Assembly: GCA_035286665.1 (NCBI GenBank)
Contig: DATECY010000187.1
Location: 1-52,485, forward strand
Reading direction: 5' to 3'
DNA length: 52,485 bases
Source of the DNA: Acidimicrobiia bacterium
Lineage (GTDB): Bacteria; Actinomycetota; Acidimicrobiia; Spongiisociales; UBA11373
The first letter of the stretch is position 1. Each line of letters begins with the position of its first letter. Made by a program: the position numbers and the translations under genes. The notes below the pieces were generated by a model, which worked only from the letters and a program-made list of their open reading frames with translations, searched no databases and was not told the origin of the DNA. Positions 1-9,200 of the stretch are shown one piece after another.

Positions 1-473
1 CGCTTCTCCACCCCCTGGTGGAACAACTGGGCCTGGATGCGCTGCTGCCACGCCCGGCGCTGGTCCATCACCGCCACATAGACCCTTCCCCGGGTACGGA
101 CCTCGAGCACGTGACCAGGCGGAATCCACGACTCAGGCAGACGGTTCTCCACCAGCAACGAGCGGAGGTGACGGGCGTCGGCGCGGTCGGTCTTCGCTCG
201 TTTCTTGCGACCCCGCAACGTGGCGGTATCCGCCGGCTCCGCCAAATGCGCCTCCACCCCAGCCCGGCGCAGCTCCTCGACCACGAACCGCCATCCGGTG
301 CACCCCTCGGTAGCGAACGCCGCCTCCAGCCCATCAAAGCGGGACAGCCAATCCCGCAACACGGTTCGGGTCGCCGGCACGATCCGACCCGTCTCCACCT
401 CACCGGTATCCACATCCAAGTAGTCGTATGTGATCTGCGCCCGATGCACGTCCAAGCCGCCTACGATCGACAT
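1..473 (-). CDS. IS110-family DEDD transposase, N-terminal ~157 codons (3' part lies outside the window)
   Basis: Absent from the ORF track because it runs off the edge. My translation from ATG 473..471 (GGAGG 6 nt upstream) reads MSIVGGLDVHRAQITYDYLDVDTGEVETGRIVPATRTVLRDWLSRFDGLEAAFATEGCTGWRFVVEELRRAGVEAHLAEPADTATLRGRKKRAKTDRADARHLRSLLVENRLPESWIPP... The GLDVH, EGCTG and KTDRxDA blocks are typical of IS110/IS1111 transposases. There is no in-frame stop down to position 1. Confidence 0.8.
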   Translation of the reverse strand, partial: MSIVGGLDVHRAQITYDYLDVDTGEVETGRIVPATRTVLRDWLSRFDGLEAAFATEGCTGWRFVVEELRRAGVEAHLAEPADTATLRGRKKRAKTDRADARHLRSLLVENRLPESWIPPGHVLEVRTRGRVYVAVMDQRRAWQQRIQAQLFHQGVEK

Positions 474-564
474 CAGGGACCTCCTTCGAAAGCTCCGCCC
501 CTTGAGGGCCTATTCAGCACACGAGTGTGCTTGAGCCGGAGGGGGTCCCGCTACATGTCATCTC
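1..564 (-). mobile_element. IS110-family insertion sequence, partial (window edge); element boundaries not determinable here
   Basis: Contains the transposase 5' region (1..473) plus its 91-nt upstream spacer, which carries the palindrome AGCACAC-GA-GTGTGCT at 516-531. IS110 elements lack classical terminal inverted repeats, so the ends cannot be read off directly. Confidence 0.55.
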
Positions 565-1065
565 TCAGATGGTGAAGGGGAACCCGATCGCGACGTAGAG
601 CAGGCCGGCGACCGCGAACCAGAACGCCGTCGGGTTGGGCGGGGGCCGCAAGCCCTTGCGGAGTCGCTCCATCGGATCGCGCCGCTTCATGACGTTGCCG
701 TGGCGAATGTCCGCATCTTCTTCGGGATCGTCGCCGGCCCGATTACGCCCCCCCATCAGCGCCTCCACCGCACCGACGCTCAAGTTGGAATAGCCGCCTC
801 CCTTGGAGCCGCCCATGAGCAGCAGGAGCGTTCCCACCAAGATCGCCGTGTATCCGATGGCGTGTTCGAGTCGTGCAGAGGACAGCCAGACCACGATGAG
901 AGCCACGAGCCCGATGAAGGCGCACCCGATCAGGAACAGCTTGACATACACCCCAAACCGCTCGCTGAGGGGCTCCGCGACGAACTGGCCGGTGCGGCGG
1001 TCGTAGCGACGCCGATCCAGGAAGTTGAGCTCGCGATATTCCGACACGGCGGGCAGCGTATACAT
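565..1065 (-). CDS. hypothetical integral membrane protein
   Basis: ORF 565..1116, trimmed to ATG 1065 (MYTLPAVSEY...) with GGAG about 8 nt upstream. Hydrophobic segments LFLIGCAFIGLVALIVVWL, AILVGTLLLLMGG and FWFAVAGLLYVAIGF. No family recognised. Confidence 0.5.
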   Translation of the reverse strand: MYTLPAVSEYRELNFLDRRRYDRRTGQFVAEPLSERFGVYVKLFLIGCAFIGLVALIVVWLSSARLEHAIGYTAILVGTLLLLMGGSKGGGYSNLSVGAVEALMGGRNRAGDDPEEDADIRHGNVMKRRDPMERLRKGLRPPPNPTAFWFAVAGLLYVAIGFPFTI

Positions 1066-1135
1066 GCCCCGCACTCCACGACATGAGCGTCGTGTGGAAC
1101 AAGTCCATCGGCGCACGCCCTAACCTCGCCGGGCC

Positions 1136-2017
1136 GTGCGCCGACCGTCCATCGCCTACCTCGCCCTCGCCGTTGCCTCGCTGCTCTTCGGGGCAACCTT
1201 CGTGGTGGTCAAGGACGCCGTCGCGATCATGCCACCGCTCGGTTTCGTCGGGTGGCGCTTCATCCTCGGCGCTGCCGTCCTCTTCGCACTCGGACGCCCG
1301 CGTTCGCCGGCCACCTGGCGGGAGGGGTCGATCGCCGGGCTCTTCCTCTTCGCCGGATACGCGCTCCAGACCGAGGGGCTCACCACGTCCACCGCGTCCA
1401 ATTCCGGCCTGATCACCGGGCTGTACGTCGTCCTCACACCGCTGATCGCCGCGGCGATCGGACGGCACGCTCCCCGGATCCTGGTGATCACCGGTGCGTG
1501 CCTGGCCATCGGTGGATTCGCCATCCTCACCAGCGGCGACGGACTCCGGCTGGCTCCCGGAGACCTGTACACCGTCGGATGTGCGGTGGCCTTCGCCGGC
1601 CACATCGTCTACCTCTCCCGATGCGCCCATCGCCATCCGGTGATGGCCTTCACCGCCGTCCAGCTTCTCGTGACCGGTGTTCTTGGGTTGATGGGGTCGG
1701 CGGCGATCGAGGGCCTGCACACGCCGGGAGTCGACACCTGGGTGGCCGTCGTCGTGACCGGAGTCGCGGTGAGCGCCGGCGCGTTTTCCCTCCAGGTGTG
1801 GAGCCAAACGGTGGTCGGTCCCTCCCGCACCGCGATCGTGCTCGCCCTCGAGCCGGCGTTCGCCGCCGCCACCGGTGCCGTCGTTCTCGGTGAGCGACTC
1901 GGCGCACGGGGATGGCTCGGAGCGGCGGCCATCCTTGGAGGAATCCATGTGGTGCTTGCCGGAACTGGGCCCGAAGACGACCTACCCACTGCCGAAGCGG
2001 TCTCCCCCGCCCACTGA
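1136..2017 (+). CDS. EamA/DMT-superfamily transporter
   Basis: 293 aa, about 10 hydrophobic helices. The two-repeat EamA-like layout (LLFGATFVVVK... / ...GERLGARGWLGAAAILGG) is typical of drug/metabolite transporters. GTG start. Confidence 0.7.
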   Translation: MRRPSIAYLALAVASLLFGATFVVVKDAVAIMPPLGFVGWRFILGAAVLFALGRPRSPATWREGSIAGLFLFAGYALQTEGLTTSTASNSGLITGLYVVLTPLIAAAIGRHAPRILVITGACLAIGGFAILTSGDGLRLAPGDLYTVGCAVAFAGHIVYLSRCAHRHPVMAFTAVQLLVTGVLGLMGSAAIEGLHTPGVDTWVAVVVTGVAVSAGAFSLQVWSQTVVGPSRTAIVLALEPAFAAATGAVVLGERLGARGWLGAAAILGGIHVVLAGTGPEDDLPTAEAVSPAH

Positions 2018-2293
2018 CGTTTCGACGGACTCGACGTCACGGCGTGCCTGAATGAGCGATCGAACGTGAAACGCCGCCCGAAGGAGCATGAGGAGCAGGA
2101 AGAGCACGAAGGCGAGCATGCCCAGCAGCTCCGGGCCGTCGAAGTAGGACGTGTGACACGAGGCGAGTCCGCCGTGACACAGTCCAAGCCCGTCGCCGCC
2201 ACCGGCGAGATCCAGCAACGCGAACATCGGCACCAGCGCCACGGCGACGATGGCCGTGATCACCAGTCCGATCACGATGCGCACGGATGTCAC
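1982..2293 (-). CDS. small hypothetical membrane protein (2 TM)
   Basis: ORF 1982..2386. G/C-rich third codon positions. Two hydrophobic helices (IVIGLVITAIVAVALVPMFALL, LLGMLAFVLFLLLMLL) flank LCHGGLASCH. Start set at GTG 2293, which sits 7 nt after a TAGCGT -10-like hexamer (leaderless-type). The start is uncertain. Confidence 0.35.
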   Translation of the reverse strand: MTSVRIVIGLVITAIVAVALVPMFALLDLAGGGDGLGLCHGGLASCHTSYFDGPELLGMLAFVLFLLLMLLRAAFHVRSLIQARRDVESVETSVGGGDRFGSG

Positions 2294-2395
2294 GAGGGGA
2301 ACGCTATCAGGGGTAGGGAGCTTGCAGCGTGCAGCTCGCAGTCCTGGGAACAGGTGACGGGCAACACGCAAGATCTGCCGGTACATTCACGCGAC

Positions 2396-4060
2396 ATGCC
2401 GGGACTCGATCGCCTGCCGCTGCTTCCGAGCTACTTCCAAGAGCCGTTCACTGCCGACGAGACGAAGGTGCTCGAGCGCTTTTTCACGAACACGACCGAG
2501 CCGGTGTTCGCTCTCGTGAACCTCCCCGAGGTGGTCAAAGGGGCGCTCTTCGCCCGCTACAGCCGGTCACCCAAGTCGTTGCGACGTCTGTTCCTCGACG
2601 AGTTCTACGAAGCGTCCGGGGTGGGCATCTCGCTCATCTCCGCCGGAACCGCAGGGGCCGAGGAGGGCGTTCGCCTGCAGCGGGCGGAGGATCTCTACGA
2701 GCGGGTGTTCACCCAGTACGGCGACGATTCAGTCGCCCAGCTCGGCGGTGTCCACCTCGCCTGTGAGCAGGCATCCAATGTGCTCACCAAGGTCCTGGAG
2801 TGGGGGCGGATCGCCTCATACCTCGAGCAGAGCACTCGGTACATGTTCTACGACCAGCGGCTGGGAGATCGCTACCGGTACGCCGTGCCACCCGAAGTCG
2901 CCGACTCGGTGCTTGCCGCCGAGTTCGCCGCCACGATGGACTCGCTGTTCGGGGCGTACGGAGACCTCACCGGTCGGCTGACCGCCTATTACCGGGATCT
3001 CCACCCGCAGACCCCCGGCGACTCCGACTTCGTGTACCGCGCGACGCTGCGCGCCAGGGTCTGCGACGACCTCAGAGGCCTGCTCCCCGCAGCCACCGTC
3101 TCCAACGTCGGCATCTACGCCTCCGGCCAGGCCTACGAAGCGCTCCTCCTGCGAATGCGCGCCCATCCCCTGGCCGAGGTTCGCGGGTACTCCGATCTCA
3201 TGCTCGCCGAGTTGAACAAGGTGATCCCGGCATTTCTCAAGCGGGTCGAACGCCCTGAACGGGGCGGCGTCTGGAGCCGATACCTGGCTTCCACCGCCGC
3301 AGCCATGCAAGACATCGCCGCCGGCCACACCCAGGCCGCCGCGGAGCGGGGACAGGTCACGCTCATCGAGTGGGATCCGGAGGCGGAGCTGAAGATCGCC
3401 GCCGCGGCGCTCTACCGGTACACCGATCTTCCCGATGACGCTCTCCTGCAGTGGGCTCGGGACCTCGACGGCGCGGCCCTCGACACGGTGTTCCGCGCCT
3501 ATGTGGGCGACCGTTCCAACCGCCGCCACAAGCCGGGTCGAGCGATGGAGCGGACCGGGTACCGATTCGACATCCTCTGTGACTACGGCATCTTCCGTGA
3601 CCTGCAGCGGCATCGGATGCTCACGACGGAATGGCAGCGTCTGGGCACGAGCCACGGCTACCTGACGCCTGAGGCGATCGTCGACATCGGGGGGCGCGCT
3701 GCGTGGGACGAAGCGATGGGAGCCGCTGCCGCCCTCCACGGACGCCTCTCCGACGAACTCGGCCCCGAGGTCGCCCAGTACGCGGTGCCGCTCGCATATC
3801 GCATCCGGTTCTTCATGCAACTCGACGCCCGCGAAGCCCTCCACCTGCTCGAGTTGAGAACCGGTGAGGGGGGCCACTCCGGCTATCGCCGCGTGTGCCA
3901 GGAGATGCATCGCTTGATCCGAGACGTTGCCGGGCACACCCGTATCGCCGATGCAATGCGGTTCGTGGATCACAACGACTACGGACTGGGCCGTCTCGGA
4001 ACCGAGCGAAGAGCGGCAGCCAAGCGAGCGGCCGCGGGAGTGGTGGAACCCGAGGAGTGA
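2396..4060 (+). CDS. thyX: FAD-dependent thymidylate synthase ThyX, long tandem-domain form (554 aa)
   Basis: ORF 2066..4060, trimmed to ATG 2396 (MPGLDRLPLL...). The upstream part is low-complexity and overlaps the divergent gene. ThyX signature QRHRMLT (RHR codons at 3608-3616) lies in the C-terminal half. A second, degenerate ThyX motif WGRIASYLEQSTRY (2801-2842) lies in the N-terminal half. Confidence 0.75.
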   Translation: MPGLDRLPLLPSYFQEPFTADETKVLERFFTNTTEPVFALVNLPEVVKGALFARYSRSPKSLRRLFLDEFYEASGVGISLISAGTAGAEEGVRLQRAEDLYERVFTQYGDDSVAQLGGVHLACEQASNVLTKVLEWGRIASYLEQSTRYMFYDQRLGDRYRYAVPPEVADSVLAAEFAATMDSLFGAYGDLTGRLTAYYRDLHPQTPGDSDFVYRATLRARVCDDLRGLLPAATVSNVGIYASGQAYEALLLRMRAHPLAEVRGYSDLMLAELNKVIPAFLKRVERPERGGVWSRYLASTAAAMQDIAAGHTQAAAERGQVTLIEWDPEAELKIAAAALYRYTDLPDDALLQWARDLDGAALDTVFRAYVGDRSNRRHKPGRAMERTGYRFDILCDYGIFRDLQRHRMLTTEWQRLGTSHGYLTPEAIVDIGGRAAWDEAMGAAAALHGRLSDELGPEVAQYAVPLAYRIRFFMQLDAREALHLLELRTGEGGHSGYRRVCQEMHRLIRDVAGHTRIADAMRFVDHNDYGLGRLGTERRAAAKRAAAGVVEPEE

Positions 4061-4080
4061 GGGCAGAGGGCGAGTCGCAG

Positions 4081-4132
4081 TAGGCAATCGGCAGTTGGCT
4101 GGCAGGGCGTGGCGTGTCGGCCGTCTTGCCTA
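4081..4132. terminator. possible bidirectional hairpin between convergent genes
   Basis: TAGGCAA (4081-4087) pairs with TTGCCTA (4126-4132) and CGGC (4089-4092) pairs with GCCG (4120-4123). The loop is large and there is no U-tract. Confidence 0.2.
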
Positions 4133-4154
4133 TAGCTACCGCCTCGAGGCCTCC

Positions 4155-4364
4155 CTACCCCAACGGGACCCGCAGTACCAGCGCCCCGTCCTCGACCACC
4201 ATCTTGGCGTCGGCGATGAGCGAGTAGTCCACGAAGTCCAGCTGGGCCGACGCCATGAACCGTCTCCGGGCATCGCCTTCGAGCGGTGGGATCCCTCGTT
4301 CCTTCACGGCTGCGGCACGCTCACGGAACCTCTGTTGAAACGCTGCGACATCGAACTCGGCCAT
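4155..4364 (-). CDS. small hypothetical protein (69 aa)
   Basis: ORF 4155..4616, trimmed to ATG 4364 (MAEFDVAAFQQRFRERAAAVKERGIPPLEG...), which has a perfect GGAGGA 4 nt upstream. No family recognised. Confidence 0.5.
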   Translation of the reverse strand: MAEFDVAAFQQRFRERAAAVKERGIPPLEGDARRRFMASAQLDFVDYSLIADAKMVVEDGALVLRVPLG

Positions 4365-4427
4365 GTTTCCTCCGCTCCGGCTGGTACCCAGGGTAGGAGG
4401 GGTGGCGGCGTCGCTACGCTCGAAGGC

Positions 4428-5276
4428 GTGCTCGACCGGCGCCTCCTCATCGTGACCGGCAAGGGTGGGACGGGGAGGAGCGCTCTCGCCGCCTCCCTCG
4501 CCATCCGTGCAGCTCGTGAGGGCCGCCGGGTCCTTGCGGTCGCCATGGCCGATCCTCACGGTCTGGCGGGCCATCTGCGCACCGGCGGGCTCGGCGCCCT
4601 TCCGGTCGAGCCCCACCCCGGGCTCTCGGTCGTGGCGATCGAGCCGGCGGCCGCCCTCGACGAGTACCTGCGGCTCCGCCTCAAGGTTCCCCGTCTTGGG
4701 GTGATGACCCGGGCGTTCCGGGTGCTTGCCGACACGGTCCCCGGCATCCGCGACACGGTCGTCATCGGCAAGCTCCTCTGGGAGGCCACACGCCCCGAGT
4801 GGGATCTCGTCGTCGCCGACGCCCCGCCCACCGGTCAGATCATGTCATTTCTACGCGCCCCCTCGACCATCGAAGGGTTGGTCCCCGCCAGCCGGGTGCA
4901 AGACCAGGCAGCGTGGATGCGCCGCATGCTCTCGGATTCGGAAGTGGCCGCGGTGGTCGTTGCCGCCACACCCGAGGATCTCCCGGTGACGGAGGCCCTG
5001 GAGACGATCGCGGCGCTCACCGAGGAACGACTTGTTGCAGTGGCTGCCGTGGTGGCGAACCGCGTCTTGCCAGATCTCCTGCTGGACCGTGCCCGCCTCG
5101 ACCGGGAACCGCCCGGCCCGAGGCACGATGCTGCGCTCCTCCACCTCGAGGTGGCGACGCGGCAGCGAGACCGACTCGGCGAGTTGGGCGCCGACCAGTC
5201 ATTTCCCCTTCTGTTCGGCATTCGGACCCCGGGCGAGGTGGCAAGTCGCCTCGCCGACTACTGGAGCCTGTCGTGA
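4428..5276 (+). CDS. ArsA/Get3-like P-loop ATPase, paralogue A (Walker A GKGGTGRS)
   Basis: ORF 3927..5276. The only in-frame start between the upstream genes and the P-loop is GTG 4428 (VLDRRLLIVTGKGGTGRSALAA...). ArsA-like DAPPTGQ switch block (WDLVVADAPPTGQIMSFL). Confidence 0.7.
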   Translation: MLDRRLLIVTGKGGTGRSALAASLAIRAAREGRRVLAVAMADPHGLAGHLRTGGLGALPVEPHPGLSVVAIEPAAALDEYLRLRLKVPRLGVMTRAFRVLADTVPGIRDTVVIGKLLWEATRPEWDLVVADAPPTGQIMSFLRAPSTIEGLVPASRVQDQAAWMRRMLSDSEVAAVVVAATPEDLPVTEALETIAALTEERLVAVAAVVANRVLPDLLLDRARLDREPPGPRHDAALLHLEVATRQRDRLGELGADQSFPLLFGIRTPGEVASRLADYWSLS

Positions 5277-6298
5277 CCGGCGTCGTCCTCGTGGTCGGCT
5301 CGGGAGGCGTCGGCAAGACGACGCTCTCCGCAGCAATTGCCGCCGACATCGCCCGGAACGGCAGGCGGGTACTGGTGCTCACCGTCGACCCCGCCCGGAG
5401 CCTTGCCCGGGCTCTGGGAATCCATCTGGGAAACACCCCCTCTGCCGTCCCCGGGTTCCCGAGACTGGACGCTGCGATGATCGACGCCTCTGAATCCTGG
5501 GAGGGCCTCGTCCGCACCCACGCCGACCCGGCGACGGCCCAACGGCTGGTAGCGAACCGCTTCTTCCGTGCCGTCGCCGATCGCTTCCCCTCAGGACAGG
5601 CCTACGCGGCGGCGGAGGAGATGACCCGTCATGCCGACTCTGATCAATGGGACGCCGTGGTGGTCGACACGCCCCCATCCGGGGGTGGTATCGACGTGTT
5701 GGCCTCGCCGCGGCGAATCCGTGGACTGGTCGGGGGCCGGGCTCTACGGTGGCTGACCGGGCCGGCCATCCCCGGGCGCCGGGCGTTGTACACCGTCACC
5801 GCGCGACCGGCCCTGCGACTCGCCGACACCGTGCTCGGAGGACCCCTCCTCGAGGACGTTGCCGAGTTCCTCATGGACCTTCGCGTCACCTACGACGGCA
5901 TTTCCAAGCGATCCCGCCATGTCGAGTCCCGATTCAAGACCGCAGCCACGGTCCTTGTCACCACCGCCGATCCCGGACCGATGCGGGAGACCGCCCGCTT
6001 CTTCAGCGAGCTTCCCGAGTGGGCGTCACGGCCTCGTGCCGTCGTCTTCAACCGAGCACTCCCGGCCGAGTGGTGGCGCGCCGGCGGCAACGGCGGCGAC
6101 CTTCTCGATGCCAACCTCGAGCGCTGGGGCGCCGAGGCCCACCGCCAGACCGAGGCCCGCGCCGAACTGGCCGCCCGTTACGGCATGATCCCTCTGGTGG
6201 TGCCGTGGATGGCGGAGGCTCCAACCACGCCCGCCGGCCTGGCCGACCTTGCCGGAGCGACGGAACGGCTCGATCTGAAGTCGCTCGGCCTGGACTAG
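5273..6298 (+). CDS. ArsA/Get3-like P-loop ATPase, paralogue B (Walker A GSGGVGKT)
   Basis: ORF 4799..6298, trimmed to GTG 5273, which overlaps the stop of paralogue A (GTGA). N-terminus VTGVVLVVGSGGVGKTTLSAAIA; DTPPSGGG block. Confidence 0.75.
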   Translation: MTGVVLVVGSGGVGKTTLSAAIAADIARNGRRVLVLTVDPARSLARALGIHLGNTPSAVPGFPRLDAAMIDASESWEGLVRTHADPATAQRLVANRFFRAVADRFPSGQAYAAAEEMTRHADSDQWDAVVVDTPPSGGGIDVLASPRRIRGLVGGRALRWLTGPAIPGRRALYTVTARPALRLADTVLGGPLLEDVAEFLMDLRVTYDGISKRSRHVESRFKTAATVLVTTADPGPMRETARFFSELPEWASRPRAVVFNRALPAEWWRAGGNGGDLLDANLERWGAEAHRQTEARAELAARYGMIPLVVPWMAEAPTTPAGLADLAGATERLDLKSLGLD

Positions 6299-9200
6299 TG
6301 GAGCACCGAGTCACTCCCGAGCAGTTCGCGTAGCTCGGCGTAGAGGGAGGTCCGGGGTTCCACGGTGTGGCTGGCTCCGAGTCGGACCACCGTGTCCTTC
6401 GCCCCACCCACCAGGTGAAGGAACACCGGAGTCGTTCCCGGGTGATTCGACAGAATCGCCTTGAGTCGATCGACCAGGTCGACAGACATCGTCGGCGCGG
6501 GCACTCGCAACCGGACGGCGCGTTCGGTGTCGAGCGATGGCTCCGTGACTCGCTGCACGATCAGCTTCACACCGTCGCCGCGCTGGTCCACCCTTCCCGC
6601 CACGACGATGATGGCGTCCTCGCGGATGACCGGGCCCACCTCGGCGACGGTACGCGGGAAGGCGACTGCCTCGACGCTTCCCTCGAGGTCCTCGAGTTGG
6701 AAGTAGAGCATCAGCTTGCCATCGCGGGTGTAGCGGCGGCTCACCCCACTCACGATGCCTCCCACGGTCACAGCCGACCCGTCGGCCATGTCGACGAGCC
6801 CGGCGACCGACGCCGACGCCATCGCCCGCAGCATCTGCGCCACACCGAACAGCGGGTGGTCCGAAACGTACAGCCCGAGCATCTCCTTCTCGAAGGTGAG
6901 GCGAATCTTCTTGTCCCACTCCTCTTCGGGGATCGCCACCGCGCCGGACTGCACCGACGGCTCGTCGGCACGGAACAGTGAGAACTGCCCCATGTCCTCG
7001 GCGCGCCTGCGAACGATCACGGCATCGATCATCTGCTCGTGCACGGCCATCAGGCCGCGCCGGGTCGAGCCGGTCGAGTCGAAGCCCCCGGCCTTGATCA
7101 GGGACTCCACGGTTCTCTTGTTGAGCACGCTGAGATCGACACGGTCGACGAAGTCCTGGAACGACCCGAAGGTCCCGTTCTTCGTGCGTTCGTCGGTGAT
7201 CAACTCGACGACCCCCTCACCCACGTTGCGCACCGCAGACAGTCCGAAGGTGATCGCGTCATCCTTCGCCGCGAAGTCCGACTCCGAGGAATTCACGTCG
7301 GGCACCAACACCCGCACACCCATTGCCCGGCACTCGTTGAGGTAGACGGCCGTCCGCTCCTTGTCCCGCTTGGCCGAGGTGAGGAGTGCCGCCATGTACT
7401 CGGCCGGGTAGTGGGCCTTGAGCCAGGCCGTCTGATAGGCGACGAGTGCGTACCCGGCGGCGTGGGACTTGTTGAAGCCGTATCCGGAGAAGTGCGACAT
7501 CAGCGCGAACAACTCACGCCCCAGTTCGCGGGGATGCCCCTGTGCGACGCAGCCCTCGACGAACTTCTCTTCCTGTTCGTCCATGACCGATGCGATCTTC
7601 TTACCCATCGCCTTGCGGAGCAGGTCGGCCTCCGCCATCGAGAAACCGGCCATGACTTCGGCCGCCTTCATGACCTGCTCCTGGTACACCATGATCCCGT
7701 AGGTGTCGCGCAGCACCGGCTGCAACGCAGGATGCGGGTATTCGAGAGGAACCCGTCCGTTCTTGCGGTCGGCGTAGAGGTTGTGCGTCCCGGCGCCGAG
7801 TGGACCGGGCCGGTACAGGGAGATCAGGGCGATGATGTCCTCGAACCGGTCGGGGCGGAGGCTTCGCATGAGCGCCCGCATCCCCGACCCTTCCATCTGG
7901 AAGACGCCCATCGAATCTCCCCGGGACAACATGTCGTACACGGCCGGGTCGTCCAGTGCCACGGCGTCGATGTCGGGCTTGGTGCCGGTCGTGCCCTCGA
8001 CCAATTCGAGGCACCGCTCGATCGTCGACAAGTTGCGCAGGCCGAGGAAATCCATCTTGAGCAGTCCGAGCCGTTCGATCGCGTGCATCTCGAACTGGGT
8101 GACAATCTCGGCGTCCTCGCCCTTCTGCTGGATGGGGACGATGTCCACGAGTGGCTCCGGCGAAATGACCACTGCGGCGGCGTGGATCGAGTCCTGGCGT
8201 CGCAATCCCTCGAGGCCCAGGGCCGTGTCGATGACCCGCCGCGCCTCCGGATCGGACTGATACATCTCCCGCAACCCCGCGGCGCTGTTGTGGAAGTCGC
8301 GCAACTCGGGGGCACTTTCGTCGGCGGTCGCCGCGATGCACTGGGCGAGAGTCGCCTCACGGCCCAGGATCGCCGGAGGCATCGCCTTCGCCGCCCGGTC
8401 CCCCACCCCGTAGGGGAATCCGAGCACCCGGGCAGCGTCGCGCAATGCCTGGCGCCCCTTGATCGTCGAGAACGTGATGATCTGAGCGACGTGGTCCGAT
8501 CCATACCGCTCTGCGGCGTAGCGGATCATCTCGGAGCGGTAGCGCTCGTCGAAGTCCATGTCGATGTCGGGCATCTCGCGGCGCCCGACGTTCAAGAAGC
8601 GCTCGAAGATCAGCCCGTAGGCGAGCGGATCGAGCTCGGTGATGCGCAGGCAATACGAAACGATCGATCCCCCGGCCGAGCCGCGCGCCGGGCCCGTCCT
8701 GATCCCCTCGTCCCTGGCGTGACGGATGAGGTCCCACACGATGAGGAAGTACGCCGGGAAGCCCATCTCCTCGATGACGCGCAACTCGTGGTCGATCCGA
8801 TCGAGGACCTCGCTGCGAAGCTGGTTGCCATACCGCAAGCGAGCACCGTCGAGTACGAGCGTGCGCAGGTACGAGGCCTCGGTCTCCCCGTCGGGAACCT
8901 TGAAGTGCGGCAGCAGGATGTTGCCGAAGTCCATCCGCACCTGGGCGCGCTCGGCGATGAGCAGTGTGTTGTCACACGCACCGGGGAACTGGTCGTCGGG
9001 AAAGAGTGCACGCATCTCTGCGGCCGACTTGACGTAGTAGCCCTGGCCCTCGAATGCGAACCGTCCCGGATCGCTCATCTGGGCACCGGTCTGGATGCAG
9101 AGGAGCGCATCGTGCGCTTCTGCCTCTGCGGCGTGGGTGTAGTGGCAGTCGTTGGTTGCGAGCACCGGCGCTCCGATGGCACTCGCTATCGACACGAGGT

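Noticed and set aside
3927-4427. N-terminal extension of ArsA-like paralogue A. Similar 5' extensions occur on thyX, rluD, murB, murC, murG, murD, ftsW, ftsI, yggS, pgeF, sepF, acpP, the SDR gene and the TgpA-like gene.
   Set aside because: The extensions overlap upstream genes and lack homology-like sequence. Better internal starts exist, with an SD, an ATGA/GTGA coupling or a leaderless-type -10 box.
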